Below, piece by piece: positions 47,125-56,719 of a DNA stretch of 64,000 bases. Below the pieces are notes generated by a model. It made no database searches. It saw only the letters and a list, made by a program, of their open reading frames with translations, and had not been told where the DNA came from. The stretch is from the NCBI GenBank assembly GCA_965223415.1, contig OZ245002.1, positions 544,001 to 608,000 of the forward strand, read 5' to 3'. The stretch is from Myxococcota bacterium (GTDB lineage: Bacteria; Myxococcota_A; UBA9160; UBA6930). Every line of letters starts with the position of its first letter. Positions within the stretch are counted from its first letter, which is position 1. Both the position numbers and the translations under genes were made by a program.

Positions 47125-48413
47125 GCCTCCGCCAGCTCCGCGAGCCGAGCCTCGAGAAAGCGCCGCTCGGCGGGTCCGGCGGCCAGCTCGATGGCGCGAC
47201 GATAGGCGGCGGCCGCCTCGTCGCCGCGGCCCGCCGCGCGCAGCAGGTCCGCCCGGGCCGCGTAATAGGGCTGGTAGTCGGCGAGCTTCTGCGCGGTGCG
47301 CGGATCCCCCGCCAGCGCGTCGAGAAGGGCCAGACCCGCCGCCGCCCCCTCGGCGCGGCCGACGGCCACGGCGCGATTCAGGGTCACCACCGGCGTCGGG
47401 TGCAGCGCCTCGAGCATCTCGTAGAGCCGCGCCACCCGTGGCCAGCGCCAGCCCCCGTCGCGGCCCTTCTCCGCCGCCTCGACGTGCACGGCGGAGATGG
47501 CGGCCTGGAGCTGATAGGGCCCCGGCCGGTCGTACCGCGCCGCCCGCTCGAGGGCGGCCCGGCCCTCGCGGATCTCGTCCCAGTGCCAGCGCCCGGGCGT
47601 CTGGTCCTCGAGGGCGATCATCTCGCCGTCCGGCCCCACCCGCGCGTCCCGGCGGGCGTCGTGGAGCAGGAGCAGCGCCTCGAGGCCGAGGATCTCCGGC
47701 TCGTCCGGGAGCAGTCCGGACAGCACGCGGACCAGACGGATCGCATCGCCGCACAGCCCGCGGCGCTCCTTGTCCCCCTGGGCGGCGGCGGCGCTGTAGC
47801 CCTGGTTGAAGATCAGGTACACGGCGCCCAGCACGGCACCGATCCGCTCGGGCAATGCCTCCGGCCCGGGCACCTCGTAGGGGATCCTGGCACCGCGGAT
47901 CTTCGTCTTCGCCCGGGTGAGGCGCCGCGTCATCGTGTCCTCGCCCACCAGGAAGGCCCGGGCAACCTCGCCGGTGGAGAGGCCGCCGAGGGTGCGCAGC
48001 GTGAGCGCCACCTGGGCGTCGCGGGAGAGCGCCGGATGGCAGCAGGTGAAGATCAGTCGGAGCCTCTCGTCGGGGATCGCGGCCTCGTCCATGGCGGCCT
48101 CCAGGTCGACCTCTTCCCTTCGCAACGCCTCGTCGTGGCGAAGGTCTTGCGCCTTCTCGCTCTGCATGCGCCGGTGGCGAAGGCGGTCGATCACGCGCCG
48201 GCGGGCGGTGGTGGTGAGCCACGCCGCCGGGTTGTCGGGCACGCCGTCGCGGGGCCAGCGCTCGAGAGCGACGGACACCGCCTCCTGGAAGGCGTCCTCG
48301 GCCAGATCGAAATCGCCCAGCCGTGCGATCAGGGCGGCCAGCACCCGACCCGCCTCTTCGCGGAACACCGCCTCGAGCGCGGGTCGGGTGTCTTCCTTCT
48401 CCTCGCCGGTCAC
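47121..48413 (-). CDS. ECF sigma factor with C-terminal TPR-like extension (ECF42-like)
   Basis: FDLAEDAFQEA, LRLIFTCCHPAL, VYLIFNQGY, GPYQLQAAISAVH; downstream of a YciI gene. Confidence 0.88.
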   Translation of the reverse strand: MTGEEKEDTRPALEAVFREEAGRVLAALIARLGDFDLAEDAFQEAVSVALERWPRDGVPDNPAAWLTTTARRRVIDRLRHRRMQSEKAQDLRHDEALRREEVDLEAAMDEAAIPDERLRLIFTCCHPALSRDAQVALTLRTLGGLSTGEVARAFLVGEDTMTRRLTRAKTKIRGARIPYEVPGPEALPERIGAVLGAVYLIFNQGYSAAAAQGDKERRGLCGDAIRLVRVLSGLLPDEPEILGLEALLLLHDARRDARVGPDGEMIALEDQTPGRWHWDEIREGRAALERAARYDRPGPYQLQAAISAVHVEAAEKGRDGGWRWPRVARLYEMLEALHPTPVVTLNRAVAVGRAEGAAAGLALLDALAGDPRTAQKLADYQPYYAARADLLRAAGRGDEAAAAYRRAIELAAGPAERRFLEARLAELAEA

Positions 48414-48778
48414 GCCTCCGGCGGCGCCGTGTACTGGTAGACCGGCCGTACCTCCACCCGACCGATGCGCGCGCTCGGCAGCCGCCCGGCCCAGGCCAGG
48501 GCCTCGTCCAGGTCCCGGGCCTCGATCAGGTAGAAGCCGGCGAGCGTCTCCTTCGTCTCCGCGAAGGGCCCGTCGGTCACGGTCAGCTCGCCGTCCAGGG
48601 CGCTGACGGTGGTGGCGGTGTCCACGGTCTGGAGGCGTCGCGATTCCACGTAGGCGCCGGCCGCACGGATGTCCTCGTTCAGCTTCCGGAAGTCCTCGTA
48701 GAAGGTCTCGCGGAACGCCTCGGACTGCGTCTCCGGCAGCACGTCCTCGGTGGAATAGATGAGGAGCGCGTACTCCAC
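48410..48778 (-). CDS. YciI family (DGPF) protein
   Basis: YALLIY, TDGPFAETKETLAGFYLI, VEVRPV. Confidence 0.9.
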   Translation of the reverse strand: MEYALLIYSTEDVLPETQSEAFRETFYEDFRKLNEDIRAAGAYVESRRLQTVDTATTVSALDGELTVTDGPFAETKETLAGFYLIEARDLDEALAWAGRLPSARIGRVEVRPVYQYTAPPEA

Positions 48779-48783
48779 GGGGC

Positions 48784-49401
48784 TCAGCCTCCCGCGGCTT
48801 TCTGGTAGGAGGGCCGGGCGAGGAGCGCCTTCGCGTAGGCCGCGAGCTTGGGCCAGCGGGAGGCGTCGACCTCGAGCCCCACGAAGGCCAGGTTGCCGAG
48901 GGCGCCGGCCAGGGCCGCATCCGCGATGGAGAAGCTGCCGAGGAGGGTCTCGGCGCCCTTCGTGAGCTGGCTCTCCAGGTAGTCGAAGACCGGCGGGACG
49001 TCGTTCTCCCAGGCCTGGTTCGCGCGCTCCTCGTCCGCCTCCGCGCCCATCAGGTTCGGCTTGATGAAGCGCTCGAAGAAGATCGGCCCGAGAGCGCTGG
49101 TGACGCTCGTGTCGGAGTACTCCTCGAGGAAGAGCGCCCGGGCCAGCTCCTTCGGATCGGCCGGGTAGAGGGCGGGCTCCGGATGCAGCCTCTCGACGTA
49201 CTGGCAGATCACCGACGAGTCCGGGATGTAGCGGCCCTCGTGCTCGAGCACCGGGATCTTGCCCTGGGGGTGCTTCTCGAACAGCTCCGGCGTCTTGGGG
49301 ATGGGCACCAGGGCCTTGCTCTCGTAGGCGATGCCCTTCTCTTCCAGGAACGTCATCACCTTGCGGGCGAAGGGGGAGGGTCGGCCACCGTGAACGATCA
49401 T
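48784..49401 (-). CDS. Glutathione S-transferase family protein
   Basis: SPFARKV, PQGKIPVL, DSSVICQY, FSIAD; RBS AAGGAG. Confidence 0.9.
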   Translation of the reverse strand: MIVHGGRPSPFARKVMTFLEEKGIAYESKALVPIPKTPELFEKHPQGKIPVLEHEGRYIPDSSVICQYVERLHPEPALYPADPKELARALFLEEYSDTSVTSALGPIFFERFIKPNLMGAEADEERANQAWENDVPPVFDYLESQLTKGAETLLGSFSIADAALAGALGNLAFVGLEVDASRWPKLAAYAKALLARPSYQKAAGG

Positions 49402-49427
49402 GTCGGTCTCCTTGGGTTGGGCGCGGG

Positions 49428-50126
49428 TCAGGTGCCGAGCTGCTTCGCGATCCAGTCGGGGATCGGCCGCAGCTCGCGGAAGCGGTCGAGGAAGAACTTC
49501 GTGCAGTCCTTGCGGAAGAGGGCCGCCGGGTGCTTCGTCTCGGCGAAGAGGGAGAGGCCGGCCTGACGCAGCAGGTCCGCGTTCGGGCCGTCGGCGTCGA
49601 AGCCGCGGGGCACCCGCTTGTAGTGGGGCTCGGGCAGCTCGTAGGGGCCGGCCTTGCGCACCTTCTCGATGGCCGCGCGCAGCGACCTGCCGATCTTCGG
49701 ATCCGCTGCGGCCTTGCGGTAGGCCGCCAGGCGATCCTTGTCGAAGTGGAACTGCCCGGCGCCGAGGCCCAGCCCCTCCGGTGCGATGCGCAGGAAGAAG
49801 CCCGGGCTCTCCGTGAGGCGGCCCTCGCCGTGGGTGAAGAGCAGGTGGAGCGCGGTCTTGTACGGGGTCTTGTCCTTCGAGAAGCGCGTGTCCCGGTGGA
49901 TGCGCATGATCGAGCCGCCGATCCGGGGCTCGGCCCGGACCCCGGGAGCGAGCTTCGCGAGCCCCGGCGCCAGGGCGACGACGAGAGCCTTGGCGGGCTC
50001 CACGTAGAGGGCCTCGTAGTCGTCGCGATGAGCGTCGAACCAGGCCTTCTCGTTGTGCTTCGCCAGGGCGGCAAGGAAGCGGGGCAGCTCCTTGGGGAAG
50101 CCGGGGAAGCGGGGGGCTGCGGGCAT
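49428..50126 (-). CDS. DUF2461 family protein
   Basis: HNEKAWF, RIHRDTRFSKDKTPYK, KRVPRGF. Confidence 0.85.
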   Translation of the reverse strand: MPAAPRFPGFPKELPRFLAALAKHNEKAWFDAHRDDYEALYVEPAKALVVALAPGLAKLAPGVRAEPRIGGSIMRIHRDTRFSKDKTPYKTALHLLFTHGEGRLTESPGFFLRIAPEGLGLGAGQFHFDKDRLAAYRKAAADPKIGRSLRAAIEKVRKAGPYELPEPHYKRVPRGFDADGPNADLLRQAGLSLFAETKHPAALFRKDCTKFFLDRFRELRPIPDWIAKQLGT

Positions 50127-50234
50127 GGTCGGTTCCTCGGTGATCTGGGAGGACGACGAAGCAGGATGGCAGGGACGGACCGCCGCCGGGAGGTTTTTTC
50201 GCGAACCGGAGTGTTTCCCTTGGGGGTCGGGCGG

Positions 50235-50999
50235 CTAGACGAGGTCGGCGATCACCGGGGCGTGGTCCGAGGCGGTGAGGCCGTCCTGCTTCTTGCGGTA
50301 ATCGCGATCGACCGTCACCTCCCTTGTGCGCTCGCGCACGGCCGCCGTGCCGAGGACGAGATCGATGCGCAGGCCCTGGCCCCGGTGGAAGGCGCCGCCC
50401 CGGTAGTCCCACCAGGAGAAGACCTGCTCGTCCGGGTGGAGGGCGCGGAACAGGTCGGTCCAGCCCTGCGCCGCGAAGCGGGCGAAGCGGGACCGCTCGT
50501 CGTCGGTGTGGAAGATGTGGCCGGCGAGGCGGGCCTCGTCCCAGCTGTCGATGGCGGCGGGGCAGATGTTGAAATCGCCGCACAGCACCGAGGGGGCTTC
50601 CGGTGCGCCCACGTGGGCGGCCAGGGCGTCGAACCAGGCGAGCTTGCGCGGGTAGTCCGCGTGGTCGGTGCTCTTGCCGTTGGGGCAGTAGACGGTCGTG
50701 AAGGTGAGGCCCCCCACCTCGGCGGTGATCAGGCGGGCGCCGAAGTCCTCCTGGCCCGGAAGACCGGCCTGGACGAGCGCCACCGGCTTGCGGCTCAGGA
50801 TCGCGACTCCGTTCCAGGCCTTCTGGCCGTGGGTGACCGCCTGGTAGCCGGCCTGCTCGAACACGTCGTGGGGGAACTGGTCGGCGGCGAGCTTCAGCTC
50901 CTGGAGGCCCACCACGTCGGGCTCCCGGGCGGCGAGCCAGTGGAGGACGAAGTCCAGGCGTGCGCGAAGACCGTTCACGTTCCAGGTGGCGAGGCGCAT
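50235..50999 (-). CDS. xth: Exodeoxyribonuclease III
   Basis: ATWNVNG, LQELK, YCPNG, GDFN, FSWWDYR, GLRIDL, SDHAPV. Confidence 0.93.
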   Translation of the reverse strand: MRLATWNVNGLRARLDFVLHWLAAREPDVVGLQELKLAADQFPHDVFEQAGYQAVTHGQKAWNGVAILSRKPVALVQAGLPGQEDFGARLITAEVGGLTFTTVYCPNGKSTDHADYPRKLAWFDALAAHVGAPEAPSVLCGDFNICPAAIDSWDEARLAGHIFHTDDERSRFARFAAQGWTDLFRALHPDEQVFSWWDYRGGAFHRGQGLRIDLVLGTAAVRERTREVTVDRDYRKKQDGLTASDHAPVIADLV

Positions 51000-51035
51000 G
51001 GTCGGAAGATGTACTCTCGATGAGGAGGTCCTGCC

Positions 51036-51668
51036 ATGTCACTTCTCTCCAGGAAGGCGGAGATGCCCTCGCGCGAGCGTGCCCTGCCCGGCCGCGACAC
51101 CAAGATGCCGGTGGCGAACCGGCACAGCGTGCTCGGCAACCCGATCCTCCCGCCCTTCCCGGACGGCCTCGAGCTCGGGCTCTTCGGCCTCGGCTGCTTT
51201 TGGGGCGCGGAGCGGAAGTTCTGGCAGGCGCCGGGCGTGTGGACGACGGCGGTGGGCTACGCCGCCGGCTACACGCCCCATCCGACTTATGAGGAGGTCT
51301 GCAGCGGGCTCACCGGACACAACGAGGTGGTGCGGGTCGTCTTCGATCCGGCGCAGACCTCGTTCGACGAGATCCTGCGCATCTTCTGGGAGAGCCACGA
51401 TCCCACCCAGGGCATGCGGCAAGGGGGCGACGTCGGCACCCAGTACCGCTCGGGCATCTACGTCTACGACGACGCCCAGCGGAAGCATGCCGAAGCCACT
51501 CGCGAGGCCTACGCCAAGCTGCTCACGGCCGGCGGCTACGGCGACATCACCACCGAGATCCAGGACGCCGGCCCCTTCTACTACGCCGAGGACTACCACC
51601 AGCAGTACCTCGACAAGAATCCCGGCGGCTACTGCGGCCTCGGCGGCACCGGCATCGAAATGGAGTAG
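51036..51668 (+). CDS. msrA: Peptide-methionine (S)-S-oxide reductase
   Basis: [34 protein letters not shown]. Confidence 0.96.
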   Translation: MSLLSRKAEMPSRERALPGRDTKMPVANRHSVLGNPILPPFPDGLELGLFGLGCFWGAERKFWQAPGVWTTAVGYAAGYTPHPTYEEVCSGLTGHNEVVRVVFDPAQTSFDEILRIFWESHDPTQGMRQGGDVGTQYRSGIYVYDDAQRKHAEATREAYAKLLTAGGYGDITTEIQDAGPFYYAEDYHQQYLDKNPGGYCGLGGTGIEME

Positions 51669-51670
51669 CA

Positions 51671-51693
51671 GGGCCGGAGCTCCGTTTCTTCAT
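51671..51693. repeat. Degenerate remnant of the intergenic repeat family
   Basis: GGGCCGGAGCTCCGTTTCTTCAT shares CCGTTTCTTCAT with type B and GGGCCGGA with both types; lies between convergent msrA and WYL genes. Confidence 0.55.
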
Positions 51694-52427
51694 CGGCCGA
51701 TGCCGGGGGTTTGCATGCCACGCGGGGGAGGGCCGCCCCATTCGCGGCCCTCGGCTTCCGTTCGGCCGAGGTACTCCTGGAGGCTGGGGCCGTCGGCCGG
51801 GTCGAAGCGGCGGCCCGTGCGGGTGACGCCCTGCATGCGGTCGGGGCGGAAGCTGCGGTAATCGTGGCGCAGCTCGCACCAGGCGGCGAGGGTCCACTTG
51901 TCGCCCCAGAAGTAGAGGCCGAGGGGCCGCACGTCGCGCTCGCTGGGCTCGCCGTCCTCGCGGGTGTAGTCGAGGTGCACGACCTCGTAGTCGCCGATGG
52001 CGCGGCGCAGGAGGTCGAGGTGCTGGGCGCGGGCCGCGGCCCGGCCGTAGCCCGGGGCGAAGAGCGGCGCGTCCAGCAGCGCCTCCCGCAGGCCGGGCGG
52101 GATCACGGCCTCGATCTTCGAGACGGCGGAGGCCACGGCCTTGCCGAGCTCGGCGTCGCCCCAGGCCGCCACGATGCGCGCTCCGAGGGCGAGCCCCTCC
52201 AGCTCCTCGGTCGTGAAGGTCAGCGGCGGCAGCTCGTAGCCGCGGTCGAGGCGGTACCCCACGCCCGCCTCGCCCCGGATCGGCACGCCGGACCGCTGCA
52301 GGTCCTGCACGTCGCGATAGAGGGTGCGCTTCGAGATCCCGAGGGCCTCGGCCAGGTCCTGTCCCGTGGCGAAGCGCCGGGCGCGCAGCGTCTGGATCAG
52401 CTGGAAGAGTCGGTCGGCTCTACGCAC
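51690..52427 (-). CDS. YafY-family HTH-WYL transcriptional regulator
   Basis: RRADRLFQLI, SKRTLYRD, GEAGVGY, LPPLTFT, WTLAAWCELRHDYRSFRPDR. Confidence 0.92.
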   Translation of the reverse strand: MRRADRLFQLIQTLRARRFATGQDLAEALGISKRTLYRDVQDLQRSGVPIRGEAGVGYRLDRGYELPPLTFTTEELEGLALGARIVAAWGDAELGKAVASAVSKIEAVIPPGLREALLDAPLFAPGYGRAAARAQHLDLLRRAIGDYEVVHLDYTREDGEPSERDVRPLGLYFWGDKWTLAAWCELRHDYRSFRPDRMQGVTRTGRRFDPADGPSLQEYLGRTEAEGREWGGPPPRGMQTPGIGR

Positions 52428-52663
52428 TCCGGTCCCTCGCACACGGCCGAAGCCCTCTCGAGCCCGGCGGGCCCCACACCGCCGGCCACGCCGCCGCCGG
52501 GGTCGAGGTGGAAGCGCCAGCTCGCCGGCTCTCGGCCGGGCTGCGCCGACCGGGGCGCCTCCGCTCGTTTCCTGCGCCCTCTCGCATCCGCTCGCCTCCG
52601 AAAGCTCCCACCCATGGCCTGGCTCCTCCTCGCACTCGGTGAAGCCATTCTACGGCGGTGCCA

Positions 52664-52740
52664 CTGCCATCCTGATGGCAGCAAGTCTGGAAGGAAAGAC
52701 CTGAGATGGTCGCTAGCTGACACGAGGCTGTCAGCAAGTC
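52664..52740. promoter_or_regulatory. Tandem palindromic operator pair CTGmCA-N6-TGkCAG-CAAGTC
   Basis: CTGCCA-tcctga-TGGCAG-CAAGTC at 52664 and CTGACA-cgaggc-TGTCAG-CAAGTC at 52717, 53 bp apart, in a divergent intergenic region. Confidence 0.6.
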
Positions 52741-52809
52741 ACCCCCTCGGGGGCTCTGGCGGCCGTTTCGGGGCCTGTCATCCTCCCGCTCCCAACCAGG
52801 AGGACCGGA

Positions 52810-53619
52810 ATGGCGCGCGTGCTTCGCGAAGGAGCCTTCGAGGGCGAGACCCACATCGTGACGGGGGCCGCCCAGGGCATCGGCAACGCCGTGGCCACGG
52901 CCCTGGCGGAGCACGGTGCCCAGGTGGTGCTGGTCGACCTGGATCCGGGCCGGCTGGCCGAGGCCCGGGACGCCATCGCTGCGGTGGCCTCGGTCTCGCC
53001 CCTCGTCGCGGCGGCCAACGTCACCGACGAGGACGACGTGAAGGGCGCGGTCGGCGCGGCCCTCGAGGCCACCGGCCAGGTCAACGGCGTCGTGAACGTT
53101 GCCGGCATCACCCGCGACGCACGCATCGCGAAGAAGTCCTTCGACGACTTCAAGGCGGTGGTGGCGGTCCACCTCCACGGGACCTTCCTGTTCACGCGAG
53201 AGGTCGCTGCCCAGCACTGGCATCCCCTCTTCAAGGCCAACGGCAACGAGCCCCTGGACGACGGCGTGAACCGCTTCATCCTCAACTTCTCGTCCGTGAG
53301 CGCGCGCAACGGCAACGTGGGCCAGGTGGACTACACCGCCGCGAAGGGCGCCATCGAGTCGGTCACCAAGACCGCGGCTCGCGAGTTCCAGGGCTACCGC
53401 GCCCGCGTGAACGCCATCGCCCCGGGGCCCGTCAACACCCCCATGCTCGAGGCGGTGGGCGAAGCCGGCATCGCCGCCATGGGTCGTGCGACCCTCACCG
53501 GCAAGATCGCCGAGCCCGAGCAGATGGCCGCCGTCATCTGCTCCCTCGCCGACCCGAAGATCTCCGGCTACATCACCGGCGAGATCCTCCAGGTCAACGG
53601 CGGTATGTACCTGGACTGA
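52810..53619 (+). CDS. SDR family oxidoreductase (FabG-like)
   Basis: TGAAQGIG, NVAGITRD, GNVGQVDYTAAK, VNAIAPG; RBS AGGAGG. Confidence 0.9.
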   Translation: MARVLREGAFEGETHIVTGAAQGIGNAVATALAEHGAQVVLVDLDPGRLAEARDAIAAVASVSPLVAAANVTDEDDVKGAVGAALEATGQVNGVVNVAGITRDARIAKKSFDDFKAVVAVHLHGTFLFTREVAAQHWHPLFKANGNEPLDDGVNRFILNFSSVSARNGNVGQVDYTAAKGAIESVTKTAAREFQGYRARVNAIAPGPVNTPMLEAVGEAGIAAMGRATLTGKIAEPEQMAAVICSLADPKISGYITGEILQVNGGMYLD

Positions 53620-53636
53620 CGTCCAGGTCCCTGCGT

Positions 53637-54266
53637 CTAGCGGCGGAGGAGCCGGCCGAGGAGGCTCTTGCCGGCGCGGACGATGCCCTCGTCGACGCGG
53701 CCGTCGCCGTCCATGTCGAGGATGCTGCCGAGGGGCCCGAAGCGGTCGCCCAGGGATTCCTCGGCGCGCTTGGAAACGCGGCCGAGCTCGTAGCCGAGCT
53801 CCTGGGAGCCCATGCGGTGCTCCTTCTGGGCCTTGCCGAGTGCGCCCATCACGAGGGGCGCCAGGGCGACGAGCAGCTTCGAGATCGTGCTGCTGTCGAG
53901 GCCGGCGTTGCGCCCGATCTCGCTCTCGAGTCCGCTGCGCCGCCCGCCCAGCATGTGGCCCAGGATCGCCTCGCCGATCGGGCCCAGGCCGCCACCGGCA
54001 CCCGACTGACTCCCGCCGCCACCGGCCAGGGCGCCGACGAGATCCTCGAGCAGGCCGCCGTCGTGGTCGCGATCGAGGGCGCCGAGCAGCGCGCCCGCAC
54101 CGTCGGGCGTCGAGGCGTTGCGGCTCAGCGCGCCGAACATGGCGGGCAGGGCCGCCCGCGCCGCCTCCGCCGTGGCGTCCTCGGGCGCGCCGATCTGACG
54201 CGCCAGCGCCTCGAGGCCCTGTCCCTGGGTCACCTGCCCGAGCAGCTCGTCAAAAATGCCGTCCAT
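53637..54266 (-). CDS. DUF937 domain-containing protein
   Basis: ALDRDHDGG, GEAILGHMLG, LAPLVMGAL, LDMDGDG. Confidence 0.82.
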   Translation of the reverse strand: MDGIFDELLGQVTQGQGLEALARQIGAPEDATAEAARAALPAMFGALSRNASTPDGAGALLGALDRDHDGGLLEDLVGALAGGGGSQSGAGGGLGPIGEAILGHMLGGRRSGLESEIGRNAGLDSSTISKLLVALAPLVMGALGKAQKEHRMGSQELGYELGRVSKRAEESLGDRFGPLGSILDMDGDGRVDEGIVRAGKSLLGRLLRR

Positions 54267-54270
54267 CGCC

Positions 54271-55392
54271 CTATCCCTCCGGCTGAATCGCGTTCAGTCG
54301 CTCGATCGCGTCGAGGTACTCCTCGACCATCTCATAGATCACCTCGCGGCAGGAGCGAATCTCGTTGAGCTGCCCCACCACCTGCCCGATCGGGTTGAAT
54401 GCGACCCGCTGCGCCGCGTTCGCGTACATATGCACGCGCTGCACCGCGTCCGCCGTCACCATGCCCTGGAGCGGCATGCCCAGCGGATCCGGCGTGTCCT
54501 CGCGCTCCCAGGCATCGGTCCAGTCGTTGCGCAGCATGCGGCAGGGCTTGCCAGTGTAGGACCGGGAGCGCACGGTGTCCTGGCTGGTCGCGCCCAGGTA
54601 GGAGTCCATCTGCGCGGGCGGCGCTTCGGCCTCCTCCACCGTCAGCCAGAGCGAGCCGGTCCAGACGCCCTGGGCGCCCATCGCGAGCGCCGCCGCCATC
54701 TGCTTTCCGGTGCCGATCCCGCCGGCGGCGAGCACCGGCGTGGGCGCCACCGCCGCGATGATCTGGGGCCACAGCACCATGCTGCCGATCTCGCCGGTGT
54801 GGCCGCCGCCCTCGGTGCCCTGGGCGATGATGATGTCGATACCCGCCTCCCGGTGGCGCTGGGCCTGGTGGACCTTGCCGCACAGCGCCGCGACGAGCCG
54901 CCCGCTGTCCTGCACGCGCTTCACGACCTCCGGCGGCGGCGTGCCGAGGGCGTTCGCGATGAGGGTCACCTTCTCGTGCTCGAGAGCGACGTCGAGCTGG
55001 GGCGTCGCTGTGGCCTCGGTCCAGCCGAGCATCTCGGACCGCTTGTCCTCCGGCGGCACCTCGGGCACGCCGGCATCGGCGAGCAGCTTGGCGGCGAACT
55101 CCCGGTGCTGCGCGGGCACCATCTCGCGCAGCTGCTGCTCGAGCTTGGCCGGGTCCATCTCGCCCATCCCCTCGTACTTCTGGGGAATGACCAGGTCGAC
55201 GCCGTAGGGCCTGTCGCCGATGTGCTCGTCGATCCACTTGCACTCGATCTCGAGCTGCTCCGGGCTGAAGCCCACCGCGCCGAGCACGCCGAAGCCGCCG
55301 GCCTGGGAGACGGCAACGACCACGTCGCGGCAATGGGTGAAGGCGAAGATCGGGAACTCGATGCCGAGTCGCTCGCAGAGCTCGGTGCGCAT
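54271..55392 (-). CDS. Nitronate monooxygenase family flavoprotein
   Basis: PIFAFTHC, AQGTEGGGHTG, VLAAGGIG, GVWTGS. Confidence 0.9.
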   Translation of the reverse strand: MRTELCERLGIEFPIFAFTHCRDVVVAVSQAGGFGVLGAVGFSPEQLEIECKWIDEHIGDRPYGVDLVIPQKYEGMGEMDPAKLEQQLREMVPAQHREFAAKLLADAGVPEVPPEDKRSEMLGWTEATATPQLDVALEHEKVTLIANALGTPPPEVVKRVQDSGRLVAALCGKVHQAQRHREAGIDIIIAQGTEGGGHTGEIGSMVLWPQIIAAVAPTPVLAAGGIGTGKQMAAALAMGAQGVWTGSLWLTVEEAEAPPAQMDSYLGATSQDTVRSRSYTGKPCRMLRNDWTDAWEREDTPDPLGMPLQGMVTADAVQRVHMYANAAQRVAFNPIGQVVGQLNEIRSCREVIYEMVEEYLDAIERLNAIQPEG

Positions 55393-55482
55393 GGGGGGCT
55401 CCTCCGAAGGGGTCCGAGAGTAACGAATGTTCTCCCGGAACGTGGTCGTCTATGCTCGCGTTCGCGCCCCCGAGGAGCCCCC

Positions 55483-56712
55483 ATGACGAGCGCCGCCGCC
55501 CCCGCACCTTCCTGGCACGGCATGGACCCGACGAATCCGGAGCAGGACCCGGAACGCTGGGAGGATCCCTTCCCCTCCCTCGCGGACGTCCGCGAGCGCG
55601 TGCCGGTGCACGAGACGCCGGCCGGCCTCTGGAGGGTGTTTCGCTGGGACGACTGCGTGCGGCTGCTGCGGGCGGTGCCGGCCGGCGTGCGGCGCACCGA
55701 CGGAACCTCGCCGGGAGACGCCATGGGAGGCGACGGGCCCGAAGGCGGACAGTTCATGCTCCAGCAGGATCCGCCGAACCACACCCGGCTGCGCAAGCTG
55801 GTGAGCAAGGCCTTCACGCCGCGGGCGGCGGATCGCTGGCGCCCGCGCACCCGCGAGATCGTGGCCGGCCTGATGGAGCCGGTGCTGCAGAAGGGCGAGC
55901 TCGACGTGATCGCCGACCTCGCGCTGCCGGTTCCCTCCCAGGTGATCTGCGAGATGCTCGGCGTCCCCCTCGCCGATCGGGACAGCTTCACCGAGTGGAC
56001 GTCCCTGGCGACCCATCTCCTGCGCGGCCGGTTCCTGCCCGACGAAGAGCGGGCGCGGATCGAGCCCGGGGTGAACCAGCTCGTCGGCTACTTCCAGGCG
56101 CTGATCGAGGAGCGGCGGAGCGACCTGCGGGAGGATCTGCTCTCGGTCCTGATCCGCGCCGAGGAGGAAGGCGATCGGCTCAGTGGGGACGAGCTGCTGA
56201 TCCACGCCATGGGTCTCTTGATCGCGGGCTTCGAGACGACGATCGGGCTGATCGGCCTCGGGGCCAAGAATCTGGCCGACCATCCCGATCAAGCGGACGC
56301 CCTGCGCGCCGAGCCCGGGCTGATCGGCAACGCGGTCGAGGAATGCCTGCGCTTCGAGGGACCGATCGGCATGACGACCCGGGTGCTGCACGCGGACGCG
56401 GAGTTCGGCGGCTTCGTGATCCCGAAGGACACGACGATGTGGGCATCGATCTGGGGCGCGAACCGCGACCCGCGGCGCCACCCCCACCCCGATCGCTTCG
56501 ACGTGACGCGGGCGGACACGACCCACCTCGGCTTCGGCATGGGCACGCACATGTGCCTGGGCGCCCACCTCGCCCGGATGGAGACCCAGGAGGCACTCGG
56601 CGCCCTCGTCGGCCGGACGCGGCGCTTCGAGCGGACGGAGCCGACGGTGCGCTGGGGCCTCTCGGTGTTCCGCGTTCCCGGCGCCCTGCCGATGCGCATC
56701 GAGGCAGCTTGA
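55483..56712 (+). CDS. Cytochrome P450
   Basis: DPPNHTRLR, AGFETT, EECLR, ANRDP, FGMGTHMCLG heme-thiolate motif. Confidence 0.95.
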   Translation: MTSAAAPAPSWHGMDPTNPEQDPERWEDPFPSLADVRERVPVHETPAGLWRVFRWDDCVRLLRAVPAGVRRTDGTSPGDAMGGDGPEGGQFMLQQDPPNHTRLRKLVSKAFTPRAADRWRPRTREIVAGLMEPVLQKGELDVIADLALPVPSQVICEMLGVPLADRDSFTEWTSLATHLLRGRFLPDEERARIEPGVNQLVGYFQALIEERRSDLREDLLSVLIRAEEEGDRLSGDELLIHAMGLLIAGFETTIGLIGLGAKNLADHPDQADALRAEPGLIGNAVEECLRFEGPIGMTTRVLHADAEFGGFVIPKDTTMWASIWGANRDPRRHPHPDRFDVTRADTTHLGFGMGTHMCLGAHLARMETQEALGALVGRTRRFERTEPTVRWGLSVFRVPGALPMRIEAA

Positions 56713-56719
56713 GGCGCGA

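Noticed and set aside
51036..51668. Further selenoproteins among msrA, selD, grxD, cnoX and osmC
   Set aside because: All have Cys codons at their active sites (GCFWG, CGGC, CGFS, WCGPC, CPV) and no in-frame UGA.
51690..52427. WYL gene as part of an anti-phage defence island
   Set aside because: It is a stand-alone YafY-type regulator, and I recognised no defence genes in the flanks.
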